Below, piece by piece: positions 31,687-45,900 of a DNA stretch of 64,000 bases. Made by a program: the position numbers and the translations under genes. Each line of letters starts with the position of its first letter. Within the stretch, counting starts at the first letter, position 1. The stretch spans positions 64,001-128,000 of the forward strand of contig CAWJAX010000003.1 of assembly GCA_963841015.1 (NCBI GenBank), in the 5' to 3' direction. The DNA comes from an uncultured Methanoregulaceae archaeon. GTDB taxonomy: Archaea > Halobacteriota > Methanomicrobia > Methanomicrobiales > Methanospirillaceae. The notes under the pieces were generated by a model. It saw only the letters and a list, made by a program, of their open reading frames with translations, ran no database searches and was not told the DNA's origin.

Positions 31687-33534
31687 ATGGCAAAAGAGAA
31701 GGTTTTGGGAATCGATCTGGGAACAACCTTTTCCTGTATGTCTATCATGGAGGCAGGAAAGCCGATCGTGATCCCAAACGCAGAAGGAGGACGGACCACC
31801 GCATCGATAGTCGCATTCACCAAAGAAGGAGAACGACTGGTCGGGAGTCTGGCCAAACGCCAGGCGGTTACCAACCCCCAGCGGACAATCCAGTCGATTA
31901 AACGTAAGATGGGATCGACTGAAAAAATCAAGATTGACGATAAGAACTATTCACCCCAGGAAATCTCGGCTATGATCCTGCAGAAGATGAAAGTCGATGC
32001 TGAGGCGTATCTGGGTGAAAAGATTTCAAAAGCGGTTATCACTGTTCCGGCATACTTCAACGATGCACAACGGCAGGCAACCAAGGATGCGGGAAAGATT
32101 GCCGGTCTTGATGTCATGCGGATCATCAACGAACCTACCGCAAGTGCATTGGCATATGGTATAGATAAAGAGCAGGATGCCACCGTACTGGTGTATGATC
32201 TTGGTGGCGGTACATTTGATGTTTCGATTCTGACCCTGGGCGATGGTGTCTTTGAGGTAAAATCAACTGCCGGAAATAACCTCCTTGGTGGAGATGACTT
32301 CGATAAACGCGTAACAGATTACCTTATTGAGGAGTTCAAGAAAAAAGAGGGGGTTGACCTCCGCAATGATCCGTATGCCCTGCAGAGACTGCGTGATGCA
32401 TCAGAGAATGCAAAGATCGAGCTCTCACAGCGCCAGTCCACCAACATCAACCTGCCCTATATTACTACGGACACGAGTGGCCCAAAGTTCCTCAACATAG
32501 ATCTGACCCGTTCAAAACTTGAACAACTGATTGGTGACCTCGTTGAATCCACGGTCGGACCCGTGAAGCAGGCACTGAGCGATGCAAAGCTTGAGCCTAA
32601 GGACATCGATCATGTTCTTCTTGTTGGAGGTTCCACCCGGGTTCCCCTTGTTCAGGATACCGTGAAAAAGATTCTCGGGAAAGAGCCCGATAAAGGCATC
32701 AATCCCGATGAGTGCGTTGCTCTCGGTGCGGGTATTCAGGGTGCTGTGCTGACCGGTGAGACAAAAGATATTGTCCTGCTCGATGTCACTCCACTTACGC
32801 TGGGTATAGAAACCCTTGGGGGTATCGCAACCAAACTCATTGAACGCAATACCACCATCCCTACTCGGAAGAGCCAGATATTCTCGACAGCAGCTGATGG
32901 GCAGACCAGTGTCGAGATCCATGTGGTACAGGGTGAGCGGGCTCTTGCAAAGGATAACTTCACTCTCGGCAAATTCCAGCTGACTGGTATCCCCCCTGCA
33001 CCCCGTGGTATACCCCAGATTGAAGTCACTTTTGATATTGACTCAAACGGTATTATTCATGTATCTGCAAAGGATCTTGGGTCAGGTAACCAGCAGGCGA
33101 TCTCGATCAAGGGAGATAAGAAACTCTCTGACGAAGATATCAGGAAGATGATGGACGCAGCCAAACAGTTCGAAGCTGATGATAAGAAAAAGCGCGAGGA
33201 GATTGAGCTGCACAACCAGGCAGATACTGCGGTTTTTACTGCAGAAAAGATGCTTAAAGAGAGCGGGGACAAGCTTGAAACAGCTGACAAACTAAAAGTT
33301 GAGGAAGGTATTGCTGCAGTCAAAAAAGCGCTGGCTGATGACAACCTTGATGAAATTAAGAAGTCAATGGAAACGCTGACTGAAAGTGTCTATGCAGTCA
33401 CAACCAAAATTTACCAGAAGATTCAGGCAGAGCAGGCATCACAACAGCAGGCAGGGTCCGGTGCTGCACCACAGGCTGATAAAAATGCTGATGACAATGT
33501 TGTCAATGCAGATTATAACGTGAAAGAAGAGTGA
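31687..33534 (+). CDS. dnaK: Hsp70 chaperone DnaK
   Basis: [27 protein letters not shown] and GIPPAPRG motifs. Confidence 0.99.
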   Translation: MAKEKVLGIDLGTTFSCMSIMEAGKPIVIPNAEGGRTTASIVAFTKEGERLVGSLAKRQAVTNPQRTIQSIKRKMGSTEKIKIDDKNYSPQEISAMILQKMKVDAEAYLGEKISKAVITVPAYFNDAQRQATKDAGKIAGLDVMRIINEPTASALAYGIDKEQDATVLVYDLGGGTFDVSILTLGDGVFEVKSTAGNNLLGGDDFDKRVTDYLIEEFKKKEGVDLRNDPYALQRLRDASENAKIELSQRQSTNINLPYITTDTSGPKFLNIDLTRSKLEQLIGDLVESTVGPVKQALSDAKLEPKDIDHVLLVGGSTRVPLVQDTVKKILGKEPDKGINPDECVALGAGIQGAVLTGETKDIVLLDVTPLTLGIETLGGIATKLIERNTTIPTRKSQIFSTAADGQTSVEIHVVQGERALAKDNFTLGKFQLTGIPPAPRGIPQIEVTFDIDSNGIIHVSAKDLGSGNQQAISIKGDKKLSDEDIRKMMDAAKQFEADDKKKREEIELHNQADTAVFTAEKMLKESGDKLETADKLKVEEGIAAVKKALADDNLDEIKKSMETLTESVYAVTTKIYQKIQAEQASQQQAGSGAAPQADKNADDNVVNADYNVKEE

Positions 33535-33541
33535 GTGAACA

Positions 33542-34669
33542 ATGAGTGCGGATGACTATTATGATATCCTCGGTATACCGCGTAGTGCTGATGATAAGGA
33601 GATCAAGAAGGCATACCGCAACCTCGCCCGAAAATACCATCCCGATGTCTGCAAGGAAAAGGGTGCAGAAGAGAAGTTCAAAGGGATCAACGAAGCATAT
33701 AGCGTTCTTTCTGATGAACAGAAGAAAGCGCAGTACGATAACATGGGCCATGAAACGTTTACCAATGCATCCAAAGGATCGTACACCGGCGGAGGTGCAT
33801 ATGGGGGAGGGGGATTCTCCACCGACTTCTCGGGTTTCGGTGATATCTTTGATTTCTTTGGCGGGGGTCAGAGGCGTTCGGGTCCCCAGCCCGGTGCCGA
33901 TCTGCTCATGCGCATCCAAATCAGTCTTGAAGAAGCAGTATCCGGTGCTGACCGGGACATAGAAGTCATGCACACTGAACCCTGTACTGCGTGCAACGGG
34001 ACAGGCAGCGAAACAAAACGACTGAATACCTGTTCCCGCTGTGGTGGCAGTGGGCAGATGCGACAAGCAGCTAATTCTTCCTTTGGCCAGTTCATCCGGA
34101 TGATGACCTGTAGTCAATGCGGTGGAAAAGGAAAAATTCCTGAAAAAGTCTGCAAAGAGTGCCATGGGTCCGGTCATTCACGGGTGAAACGGAAAGTGTC
34201 CGTGCATATCCCCGCAGGAATCGATAATGGCATGCGACTTCGCATGGAGGGATATGGTGAAGCCGGGGATTATGGTGCACCAAATGGTGACCTGTTTATC
34301 GAAGTGTACGTTAAACCTCATGACCATTTTATCAGGAATGGAGATAACCTCGAGATCACCATCGAAATCAGTCCCGTTCAGGCAGTGCTTGGGACATCCA
34401 TTGAAATTGAAACGATAGATAAACGACATATTGACCTGAAAGTACCCGCAGGCATACAGTACAACACAGCGCTGAAAATAGCAGGCGAAGGGATCAAGCG
34501 TCGTGGAAAACCAGGAGATCTTCTGGTCAGGGTTAAACTTGTCACTCCCAGGTCAATCAATAATGAGCAAAAGGAACTCTACCAAAAACTTGCCGAGCTT
34601 GAAGGAAAGAGTAATACTTCAGGTGGTTTTTTCTCCGGAATCATGGGGAAAAAAAAAAGTAAAAAGTAA
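33542..34669 (+). CDS. dnaJ: chaperone DnaJ
   Basis: HPD J-domain, G/F-rich region, four CxxCxGxG repeats. Confidence 0.98.
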   Translation: MSADDYYDILGIPRSADDKEIKKAYRNLARKYHPDVCKEKGAEEKFKGINEAYSVLSDEQKKAQYDNMGHETFTNASKGSYTGGGAYGGGGFSTDFSGFGDIFDFFGGGQRRSGPQPGADLLMRIQISLEEAVSGADRDIEVMHTEPCTACNGTGSETKRLNTCSRCGGSGQMRQAANSSFGQFIRMMTCSQCGGKGKIPEKVCKECHGSGHSRVKRKVSVHIPAGIDNGMRLRMEGYGEAGDYGAPNGDLFIEVYVKPHDHFIRNGDNLEITIEISPVQAVLGTSIEIETIDKRHIDLKVPAGIQYNTALKIAGEGIKRRGKPGDLLVRVKLVTPRSINNEQKELYQKLAELEGKSNTSGGFFSGIMGKKKSKK

Positions 34670-34761
34670 TCATAACATTTTTCTGATTATTCTTTTCCAA
34701 GCTAAGAGATTTTACAATTTTTTACGCACTTATTTGAGAGCCGGTGATCAATGAGATAAGA

Positions 34762-35730
34762 ATGAGACTGCTCTTCGAGTTGTCCGGTGAAAACCCGACA
34801 CTTCCCTTTGCTGAACTCGAATGCATAGGAAAATTACTCGATAGCCGGCTTCAGGTTGCAGTTGTTGAGGCACCTGATCCAGAAGAAGCACACCGCCTTG
34901 CCATGACGCAGGTTGTTCTGGAATATCTCGGAGAATGCGATCCTGATCTTTCAGCTTTCCAGAAACTCCTCAGAGAACTGGCGATTGAAACACATCAGTC
35001 CTTCGCAGGACGAGCCAAAAAAATTCATGGTGGCTGCAATACAAGAAATCCCTGTTCCCAGAGGGAGTTTGAACAGATGATCGGCACCATGATAGAGGGA
35101 ACGGTGTCACTGGACAAACCAGAGAGAGAATACCGGGCTATTCTTTCGGAGGACCGGTGCTATTTTGGCAAAGTTCTTTTCAGTATAAACCGGGGATCTT
35201 ATAATGTGCGTAATCCGGGAAAACGGGACTTTTTCCATCCGGGAGTAATGATGCCAAGGATGGCACGTACACTCGTCAATTTAACCTGTTCGCATGCAGG
35301 TGAGGTAATGCTTGATCCGTTCTGCGGTACAGGTGGCATCCTGATAGAAGCTGAGATACTCGGGATGCATGCGATTGGAAGTGATTTTGATCCGATGATG
35401 GTTGATGGCAGTCGTCAAAATATTACGCAACCGGATCTTATGCTTGCTGATGCAACGCTTCTGCCGTTGGGGAATCATACCATTGATGCAGTGGTGACGG
35501 ATTTTCCCTACGGGCAATCGGTCTGCATAAAAAAAACAGATACAATGGCAAATCTATACTCTGATGCTCTGGATGAGATTAGTCGCGTGCTTAAAGCCGG
35601 ACACAGGGCAGTGGTTGTAACGCATCAGGATATTTCAGAAATCGTTGCAGAACACATGACCATTCTGCAGCGCCATGAGCAGCGGGTACATAAAAGTCTT
35701 ACCCGGCGGGTGCTCGTGCTGACACGGTAA
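34762..35730 (+). CDS. tRNA (guanine-10-N2) methyltransferase, Trm11/TrmG10 family
   Basis: FELSGE.P.LP.AE N-terminus, PRMARTLVN, LDPFCGTGG, TDFPYG and VHKSLTR motifs. Confidence 0.88.
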   Translation: MRLLFELSGENPTLPFAELECIGKLLDSRLQVAVVEAPDPEEAHRLAMTQVVLEYLGECDPDLSAFQKLLRELAIETHQSFAGRAKKIHGGCNTRNPCSQREFEQMIGTMIEGTVSLDKPEREYRAILSEDRCYFGKVLFSINRGSYNVRNPGKRDFFHPGVMMPRMARTLVNLTCSHAGEVMLDPFCGTGGILIEAEILGMHAIGSDFDPMMVDGSRQNITQPDLMLADATLLPLGNHTIDAVVTDFPYGQSVCIKKTDTMANLYSDALDEISRVLKAGHRAVVVTHQDISEIVAEHMTILQRHEQRVHKSLTRRVLVLTR

Positions 35731-35795
35731 GGAGCAATCTCCGGAACCTGAAGTATTCTTTATGCTTTACCAATACTACATATATTCCGGATAGT

Positions 35796-36536
35796 ATGGA
35801 AACAAAAAAGGTAATCAAGGCAGCACTTTTTCTGGGTATCCTGGTATCCTGCATCGGTATTCCGGTATCCGCATACTCGGCCGATGCTATCGTTCTGTTC
35901 GAGCAGGGAAATGCTTTCATGAAAAATAAGACCTACTCAGAGGCACTTCGTGTTTATGATAAAGCAATCACATTAGAACCTGAATATTTTGAAGCCTGGA
36001 ATGGAAAAGCGGATGCACTTAACCGGGCACAACAATTTAATGAAGCACTCAAAGCATCCGATCGCGTGCTTATCCTCAAACCCGATTATGTTTCCGGCTG
36101 GATAAACCGGGGGTATATACTGTATAATCTCGGGCTTTATGATGAGGAACTGAAAGCGTATGAGACCGCAATTACTTTTGATCCTGCCAGTCCCGAAGCC
36201 TGGTTCAACAAAGGTTACTCACTTGCCGGAATGAAGAGGTACGATGAAGCAATCGCGGCTTTTGATAAAGTGGAGACCCTTGATCCCACCTACCCGAATC
36301 TAGCGGGGAATAAACAGATTGCAGAAAAAAGTCGGGATGCGGTCAGATCCAACATGAGTGAAAAAACACCTTTACTCCTCCCCACACAATCGCAGAAAAC
36401 GACTTCCCCCTCTCTTCAGGCAGGTACCGTGTCAACTACAGAACCAAAAAAATCTCCCATTTCTGTAGGTGGAGTCATCGGAATTTTTTCAATTCTTGTT
36501 ACTGTACAATGGATGGGAAAATGGAAAAAATGGTAA
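35796..36536 (+). CDS. secreted/membrane-anchored TPR protein
   Basis: Signal peptide, ~4 TPRs, S/T-rich linker, C-terminal hydrophobic helix and basic tail. Confidence 0.85.
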   Translation: METKKVIKAALFLGILVSCIGIPVSAYSADAIVLFEQGNAFMKNKTYSEALRVYDKAITLEPEYFEAWNGKADALNRAQQFNEALKASDRVLILKPDYVSGWINRGYILYNLGLYDEELKAYETAITFDPASPEAWFNKGYSLAGMKRYDEAIAAFDKVETLDPTYPNLAGNKQIAEKSRDAVRSNMSEKTPLLLPTQSQKTTSPSLQAGTVSTTEPKKSPISVGGVIGIFSILVTVQWMGKWKKW

Positions 36537-36973
36537 ATATGGTTCTTGAGAAACGGACATGAAACGATTCGATTTACATCTGAACTATGAAAATCGTATT
36601 GTATTCAAACGACCCCTGAATCAGGGCCTTTCCAAGGTTCGGCGGTCAGGATTTTTTTGAATTTTTTGCAGATAATCTCCCCGTTGGGGCACCCCATCGG
36701 GGTCGTCGTCGTTCATGCCAATAGTAACAGTGGGGGGCTTGACCTTTAATTCAAAATATCCGTTTTTTTATAGTAAGTAAAAAAAAGCAGATCTGGCAGG
36801 ATTTTTCACTGCCGATTTACACTCATCATAATGTGAAAATCCCTGGACAGGTAATCGTCATTGCACAAAGCGGAGGGATGGTGTCTGGGGACAGGAACTA
36901 TCCCCCCATCTTCTTTTTCAAAATTTCCTGAGATAAGGAATTCTCAGTGATTTATTGAAAAATGGATTAAATC

Positions 36974-39900
36974 TTATTTTGCCTTCTTGTAACAAATTTT
37001 GGCCTCTTCATGCTTGCCAATCGTATCAAGAATTTCTCCAATATCATTCCAGACTTCTTTACGTCCAGGATCGATTTCCAAAGCGTGTTTGAAAGTAGTC
37101 AGAGCTTCCTGATACTTCCCGAGCTCATGTAATGCCCGGCCCTTATAGATCCAGGCGTCCACAAAATCCGGTTGGATCGATATCATAGCAGTAAATGCTT
37201 CGCTGGCATCCTGGTGCTGTCCAAGGGCAATAAGTGCACTACCTTTGGTGAAATAGGCTATTGAGAACGTAGGGTCAACAGATACCGCCCGATCATATGA
37301 TTCAATTGCATCCCTGCTTTGACCCTGGGCTGCAAGTGCCATTCCATGACGTGTCCAGCCGATCGCATTTTCCGGGTCCAGATCAAGGCTTTTTTCATAT
37401 GCAGCCTGAGCCTCCGGATGCTTTCCGAGGTCATACAGAACATTACCTTTTGCCATCCATGCATCAGCGAGGCTACTATTCTTTTCCAGGGCTTTTTCGA
37501 ATGTTTCCAGAGCATCCCGGGACATACCAAGTTCCGCGAGTGAAACACCTTTCTGGGACAGTACCTCTGCGCTAGGATTGATCTCAAGAGATCGATCGTA
37601 CGATTGGTACTGCCAGCCTGTGCTGATCCAGTGCAGCGTAAGCTTTTCCCAGGAAGAAATATACATCAGCAGTTCCATGGTTGTTTTCCCGAGCATGCTC
37701 GAAAGAAGTAATTGCCGCATCATAATTGCCCATCTCAAAATGTGCCCTTCCCTCCCAGAAGAATGCCTGATAGCAGGTTGGATTAATTTCCCAAGCCCGT
37801 TCAAAGGCTGAGATTGCTGCATCCGGGTTTCCAAGTGCAAGAAGGGATCTGCCTCTTTGATAGATAGCAATAGAAAATCCGGGATTGTGAGAAAGGATGC
37901 GATCGAATGATGCGATCGCCTCTTTATTCTTCCCAATCTGCATGAATGCCCTTCCCCTTTGGTACAGGGCCTCCTGGTATTCAGGATTTATTCTCAGCGC
38001 AGCGTCAAACGCAATTATTGATTCATGATAGTTCTTAATGTGGACCAGTGCTATTCCTTTATGATAGTATACCTCTGAGTACTGGTCATTTAACGCCAAA
38101 GCCTGATTAAACGCTGTTATCGCTTCATCAAAGCGCTCAAGCTTAAGATACGTTATACCCTTGTAATAGAAGACTTCCGGATACTCCGGCTGGAGAGTCA
38201 GCACCAGATCAAATGCTTTCAGCGCCTCGTTGTATTGGTTCAATTGGATTAATACTGCTCCACGATGCAAATGCGGCAAAGGGTTTGTTTCATCAAGGGA
38301 AATAGAACGATCAAGGCAATCAAGCGCCCGATCATATCTCCCAAGATTTTCCTCTGAAATACCCTTATAGAGCCAGACATCAGAAGATATACCATTCTCA
38401 CCAAGAGCCCGGTCGAATGCACCAATCGCTTCCTGATACATTGAGAGACTTGCAAGCGCCCGCCCCTTCTCATAGAAAGCCTTAGCGCATTTCGGACTGT
38501 TTATGAGGGCAGAGTCGAAGTTTTTAATTGCATCATTATATCTTCCTAAACGGGAGTAAGATACTCCCAGATAATAATATGCCCGTGCATCCTTTGTATC
38601 AATACCTAAAGCCTTATTATAACAATTGATAGCGTCCTTGTCCTGGCCAAGGGCAGAAAGGGCTACCCCTTTTCCCGTCCATATAAAAGCGGCAGTAGGC
38701 CGGAGGCGTAGTGCCTGGTCAAATGAAACGATTGCCTGCTCGTATCGGGAGAGGTGTGTGAGTGCTATACCCTTGTGGTAAAGTGACTCGATATGTTTCG
38801 GCTGGACTGCAAGTGCATGGTCATATGATAGTACCGCTTCGTTGTCCATTCCCTGTTCATGGAGAGTACGCCCTTTATAATAGAACGCTGACCCAAAATC
38901 CGGGTGTATTTCCAGTGCTTTACAAAACGCTTCATATGCATCCTTATAATCGGAAATTGCGAAGAGTGAAATTCCCTTAAGGTACCAGGCATCGGCATTA
39001 ACCGGGTCAATCCCTAGCGTCTTGTCATAATCGCCGATAGCATCACGATATCTTCCAAGATCTGCCAGAGCCATACCATGGTGTAACCACGTTTCAACAG
39101 ACAGGGGATTGATCTGTAATACGAGGTCAAACGCATCGAGTGCATCTTTTTGCCTTCCTGTTGCTATAAGGGATAAACCTTTGTGATAAAATGCTTCAGC
39201 ATTTCCTGCATTAAGGTCGATATTTTTATTGAAAGCAATAATGGCTTCATCGTGCCGCCCCAGATTTGCCAGTGCAAGTCCTTTGTGGAAATAAACCTCA
39301 GCATAATTCTTGTCGATAATAAGGGCTTTATCAAAAGCTCTTATACCTTCGCGGAACATTCCCAGTGATGCAAGTGCCGTTCCTTTGTCAAACCAAGCTT
39401 CAGCAAAGGAGCTGTCGATTTCAAGTGTCCGGTCAAACGCTTTGATGGCCTCTTCGAACCTGCCAATCCGCATAAGAGCTACACCTTTATAGTGAAGTGA
39501 CGGCGAATGTGCCGGATCAAGATCGAGTGCCTGATTATAGGCGACAATTGCATCGTTGGGTTGCTCCAGAATATCCAGTGAACGCGCTTTGTTATAATAT
39601 GCAGCAAAATAATCCGGTTTTACGGAGAGTGCATTATCAAATGCGGATATTGCATCTTTGTGACGGGTGAGTTTTGCAAAGATGATACCCTGTTCAAACC
39701 ATACCTGTGCATTATCAGGAGTGATGTCAAGCAAACGCCCGAAAGCTTCTGCTGCTTCATCATATCTTCCAAGCCCGGCAAACGAAGCTGCATAATGATA
39801 AAGTGCGTCTGTGTTATCCTTATTCAGGGAAAGTGTCTTTTCCAAAACTTTGATAGCATCTTCAAATTTACCGATATGGAACAAAGCGATACCTTTCGCG

Positions 39901-42900
39901 TACAGGGCACTGGAATTTTCTGGCAAATGGTTAATTACGCAATCGAAGGAACTGATTGCATCCTCAAATTTACCAAGAACGGTAAAAGCTTTCCCCCGCT
40001 CAAAAAACGCCCGGGGATTATCAGGCTGGTATATAATGCTGTCGTCAAATGCAGCTATTGCTTCTGCAGGATGACCGAGGTTTGAAAGCACTAATCCCTT
40101 CTCATACCATATATCGGGATCTGTTTTATTTATCTCGAGCGCTGCATCGAATGCATGCCCGGCTTCTTCAAATCTGCCGAGCAAGACGAGAGACAATCCC
40201 TGTAAATAGGGGGGTTCGAATCGGTTGGGAAGCTGAGCAGCTGCAAATCCGAAAATCGCCTGTGCCTCCTCATCCCGTCCCAGTTTTGCAAGTGCCCTGC
40301 CCTTTTCAAACAGGATCTCGCCATTATCAGGATCTTTTCCGAGTGCAATATCAAAAATACGAATTGCCTCGTCATATTTTGCAAGCCGGAAAAGTGCATT
40401 CCCTTCGGAAAAAAGCAATGAAATATTGTGCGGCTCTTTTTGCCGGGCTTTCTCAAATGCCTCGACAGACTTCCTCATCTTTGCCCAGGTGTTCAGATGC
40501 AATGCCTTTGTGATACCATGCTGCTGAAAATTCAGGAGAACGTAAAAGTATCTGATCGAATGCAACGATCGCCTGATCGTACCGACCAAGATTTTCCAGT
40601 GCCAGTCCTTTGTTATAGTATCCTTCGGCAAAGTCATTGTCAATGGCAAGAGCTTTTGAAAACGACGATTCGGCTTCTTCATATCTTCCGAGCATCGCAA
40701 AAGCGAGTCCCTGTTCAAAATGTCCATCTCTGTTCTGGTCATCCAAAGCAAGTGCCTGCGAAAATGCGGTTACTGCCTCTTCATATTGTTTCAGATTTAT
40801 GAGCGCGTACCCTCTTTCATAATGTGCAGCAAATGAGTTGTTATTGAGGGTGATTGCACGGTCAAATGTGGTTTTTGCTTCATCAAATCTTTTCAGATAG
40901 GCTAGTACAAGGCCTTTGTTAAACCAGATATCATAATTCCCTGTGTCAAGGGTGAGAGCTGCACTGAGCGCCGAAAGAGCCTCTTCATACCGTTTCAGGT
41001 CTTTGAGTATCAGTCCCTTTTGGAAATATGCAGGAGAATAGGATGTGTCGACAGATAGTGCCCGGTCAAATGCGGCAATGGCTTCCTTATTTTTTTCAAG
41101 GCGGCTAAGTGCCAGTCCTTTCTCGTAAAAAGCACTGATAAATTTCGGATCCAGTACCGTAGCATGATCAAATACTTCAACTGCTTCACTATCTTTGCCT
41201 AATTTCGCAAGAGCCACACCTTTGTCATAATAGGCGTTTGCATATTTCGGGTTGATAGAAAGGACCCTGTCGTACGATGAGACAGCTTCTTCATATCTGC
41301 CGAGTTCTACAAGTGCAATTGCCCGATCATACCACCCGTATGCAGACCCGGGTTTAATTTCCAGGGCCCGGGTGAGGGCTTCCAGTGCAGGTTCAAACTG
41401 ACTGATAGAGAGCAGGGTACTTCCTTTCCGTAACCATGCCGAAGCACAAGCCTGATCATGAGACAAGACACGATCAAAGCAGGTAATTGCCTCATGTGGG
41501 TTCCCAGACTCAATGTATATTTTCCCCTTTCGGTACCAGGCAGTATTATTGTCAGGCGCCAGGGAAATTGCCCTCTCAAATGACTCAAGAGCTTCTGGCA
41601 TACGTTCGAGCTCAAAAAGCACGCTTCCCTTGAGGATCCAGACATCAGCAATGGTATTTTCCCGGTTCAAAGAAGATTCAAGCGCCTGGAGCGCCTCTTC
41701 AAACCGAAGGAGTTTTACAAGAGAAACTGCCCGCATAAACAGGACCGTGGCATTATCGGGAGTAAGTTCCAGTATCTTATCGAAAGCACCAAGTGCTTTC
41801 TCATGTTTCCCAAGGTTTGCAAAGGAAATCCCTGTCTGATATGTCGCGTCGGTGATTGAGGAATCGCAGGAGAGTGCCTGGTTGAATGAGCGGATTGCCT
41901 TTTCATATTTTCCCGTTGCGTTCAATACAAGTCCTTTATGATAATGAGCAAAAGCATTCCCCGGAACGTATTCAAGGGTATAATCAAATGCTTTTATGGC
42001 ATCCGGGTATCTAGCCATACGGTAGAGTGCAAGTCCTTTATTATACGCAGCATCAGAAAGAGTTGAATCCAGGTTCAGTGCCTGTTCGTATGCAATCACT
42101 GCTTCTTCATCATTGCCGACCGCGGACAGTGCCTTTCCTCTGCCAAATGCGGCATGAGCATTATGGGGATCCAATTCGAGTGTCTTATCGAATGCGACCA
42201 CGGCATCGTTGTAACTGTTCAACCTGAAAAGTGTCTCTGCTCTTGCCAGGTTTGTCGCAACATCGTCAGGTGTCAGTTCAAGTGAACGGTTCAGGGATAT
42301 AATTGCGTCCCTGTCGCGCCCGGCTCCGATGAGAGAGTATCCGTGATAATAGTAGAGTGCTCCCGTGACTGGACCGAGAACGAGTGCCAAATCGAATGCC
42401 TGCACAGCTTCATCATGTCGTCCGATAGTTGCGAGTGCAAGTCCTTTGTTATATGCTGCATCCTGCATTTGAGGATTAATTTCAAGAGCACGTTCAAAGG
42501 ATGGCACTGATTCATCGAACCGATTCAGTTTACCAAGAACGTACCCTTTATGGTACCATGCGACTGCACATGAACTATCAAGAGACAAACCCTTATCAAA
42601 CGCACTAAGAGCATCATCATAAAGTGAGATGTGTTCGTAGCCAATTCCCCGGTAATACCATGCCTCGGCGTTCTGTTCATCAAGGGTAAGTACCTTTTCA
42701 AAAGTTGTGGTCGCTTCTTCCCAGCGCTTGAGATGCAGAAGAGCTTTTCCGCGATAGAACAGGGCAAAGACATACTGAGGTTTGCGTTTCAGAGATTTCC
42801 CAAAAGCTTCAACTGATTCTTTATATCGGTTTAATTTGTAAAGGGAATATCCCTTGCATGCAAGGAGATCGGGATTCGCCGAATCATTTTCCATTGCCCG

Positions 42901-45900
42901 GTCCAGCGCAACTACAGCATCTTCATACCGATCAAGTTTTGCAAGTGCGACACCCCTCATCCGGTGAGCCTGGGAATTTTCCGGATCAATAATAAGGGTT
43001 GCATCGAACTCAGTGATCGCATCTTCATGCCGGTTAATCTTTGCGAGAATCTCTCCTTTTACCCTATGCGAGACTGCATCATTTGGATCAATCTCAAGAG
43101 CACGATCGAAGGATGCTAAGGCATCGTCATGTTTTTCCAGTTCAAAAAGAGCCAGTCCCTTTTCTGCATACACGCGGGAATTATTCAATCCGAGCTCGAT
43201 GCACCGGTTAAATGCGCCCAGAGCAGATTCCGGCTTTTTTAAGGAGGAGAGAGCGAGTCCCTTTTCAAAGAGAATATCAACCGAATCAGGTTTAAGCGCG
43301 AGAAATTCATCAAAAGCCTCTACCGCTTTTTCATATTTTTTGAGAATAGCTAAAGCTTTCCCCATCTCGCTCCATGATGTATCCCGTGAGGGGTTAAGGG
43401 CAAGAGCCCTGCCAAATGCTTCGATAGCTTCAGGATAGGTTTGTGTTAAAACAAGTACGATGCCCTTGTAATAAAATACCCGTTCGCATCCCGGTTCAAT
43501 CTGGTTAATATGGGTGTAAGCCGCAATAGCCTCCTTATACAACCCCTGGTGGTCAAATGCCCGGGCCTGACCATACAGCGCTGTCAGATCATCGGGATTT
43601 GATACTAGCACCTGCCTGAATGATTCTGCTGCCTCATGGTAGCTACCAAGTGATGCAGGTACTCTTCCTTTCTGCAGATATGCATCAGTAAAATCGGGCA
43701 TCAGCCGATTAGCCTGTTCGAAAGCTGCTGCTGCTTCCGCAATTTTCTTATCTTTGGCAAGTGCGATTCCCTTGTAGTAAAATGCTTCGGCAAACTCCGG
43801 ATCGAGCGCGAGCACCTGATCGAATGCATTCACTGCATCTGCATGGTTTTCGAGACTGATCTGGGCTCTTCCTTTATAGAACCATGTGTGGGGATTTGTT
43901 GCATCAATCTGAAGGGAAGCGTTATAGGCGATGAGGGCTTCCTGATGGCGCCCGACGGCGAACAAGCAGAATCCCTTTATCAGCCATGCATTTGCAATTG
44001 CCGGAGAAACTTCAAGTGCGCTGGAAAGCGCTGCAATAGCCTCGTTGAACTCACCAAGTTCAGCGAGGGAGAGACCTTTATGGTAAATAGCATCCGTATA
44101 ACCGATATTGATCTTAAGTGCATGGGTAAATGCATTCACCGCTTCGCTATGATAACCGGATGCTGCCAGAGATAATCCTCTCTGAAAGTGAATTTCAGCT
44201 TTCAATGGATCAATACCCGACGCAGCTTCAAAGGCGGTGATAGCTTCTTCGTGGTTTTCCATGTGTGCAAGTGCGATTCCTTTCTGGAAGAGAGCTTCAG
44301 CATCGTCAGGAGTAATCTCCAGCTTGATATTGAATGCAAATACTGCTTCATTATACATGCCGACATTTGCCAGTGCAATACCTTTTTGAAAGAATGCAGG
44401 AGCGAAACTGGGTATAAGTTCTAAAAGACGATCGAATGATGCAACTGCTTCCAGATTCTTATCAAGGTGTATCAATGCAAGACCTTTGTCATAATACGCC
44501 TGTGCATTGGTTGGATCCAGTTCAATTGTCCGATCAAAGGCAGCAACTGCCACATCATACCGTTCAAGACCAACCAGGGCTTTTCCTTTCTGGTATTCTG
44601 CTTCGATAAATTCCGGATTGAGTTTTAATGCGATCTCACAGGCAGCAAGTGAATCTTCATTTCGCCCCAGATCATACAGTGCGATGGATTTATTATATGC
44701 AGCTTCACCCGAATTCGGATTCAGTTCCAGTGTGCGGTCAAATATATCTATTGACTCCTGGTAATGGCCGATTGCATAGAGGGCAAGTCCTTTCTGGAAA
44801 AACCCGGGAGCATAACCCGGCAGGAGGTTCAGTGTTTTATCAAACGAAATAATTGCATCGTTGAACCTGAAAAGCTTTGCAAGGGCAATACCACGGTTGT
44901 AATGTGCATCAGCAAAATTGGGGTCAATTGCCAGAGTGCGATCGAATTCCAGAATAGCGTTTTCAAACTGTGATGCTTGTAAGAGAGCATAACCCTTATG
45001 AAAATGTGCATGAGAAAAATTTGCCTCCAGCTCGATTGTACGGTCATAAGCTTCGATGGCTTCGGACACATCCCCCAAATCAAAAAGAGTCTCTTCCTTT
45101 CTGATAATGAGCATGGTAATTTTTTGGATTTTCATTAATTATCTTGTTAAAGTCCTTTACTGCTTCTTTGAATTTCCCAAGATTATAAAGCGAAATCCCC
45201 TTACACATTCGTGCTTCGAAATATTTGGGTTTTAACTGAATTGTCTTTTCAAAAGCAAAAGTTGCCTCGCTGTGCCGGTTCAACCCTGCATATGACCTGC
45301 CCTTGTGATAAAAAATAAGGGCATTTTCGGGATCATAGATAAGTGCCTTGTCAAACGCTTCCAGAGCTTCTTCATATCTCTCGAGTTTAGAAAGTGCAAG
45401 GCCCCTGTGGTAGTGTCCCTGAGCATTACTTATATCCTTTTCCAGATTTTTATCGAGTGATTCGATTGCTTCAGTGTATTTTTCCAGTTTTAATAGTGCG
45501 AAGCCTTTATAATAATATACATCAGTGTAGGCAGAATCAATCTCCACCGCCCGGTTAAATGCGTCAATCGCTGCCTGATATTTTTCGTTGTGGATTAAGG
45601 ATCTCCCTTTGTTGTACCATGCAGGTGCAAATGAAGGCAGTATATCAATTGTCTTGTCGAATGCATCAATAGCATCGCGGTGATCGCCAAGTTTGGCTAG
45701 TGCAAGTCCTTTATGGTATTGCGCATCGCCATTGTGAGGGTCGATTTCAAGGAGCACCTCAAATGCATGAATCGATTCGTCGGTTCTGTTCACTTTTTCC
45801 AGTGCAAGTCCTTTGTAGTGGAATGCTTCAATGCATCTCTGGTTCAGGCTGATTGCATTGTCCAAGGCATCTATTGCATCCTGGTATCTCCCAAGTTCAT

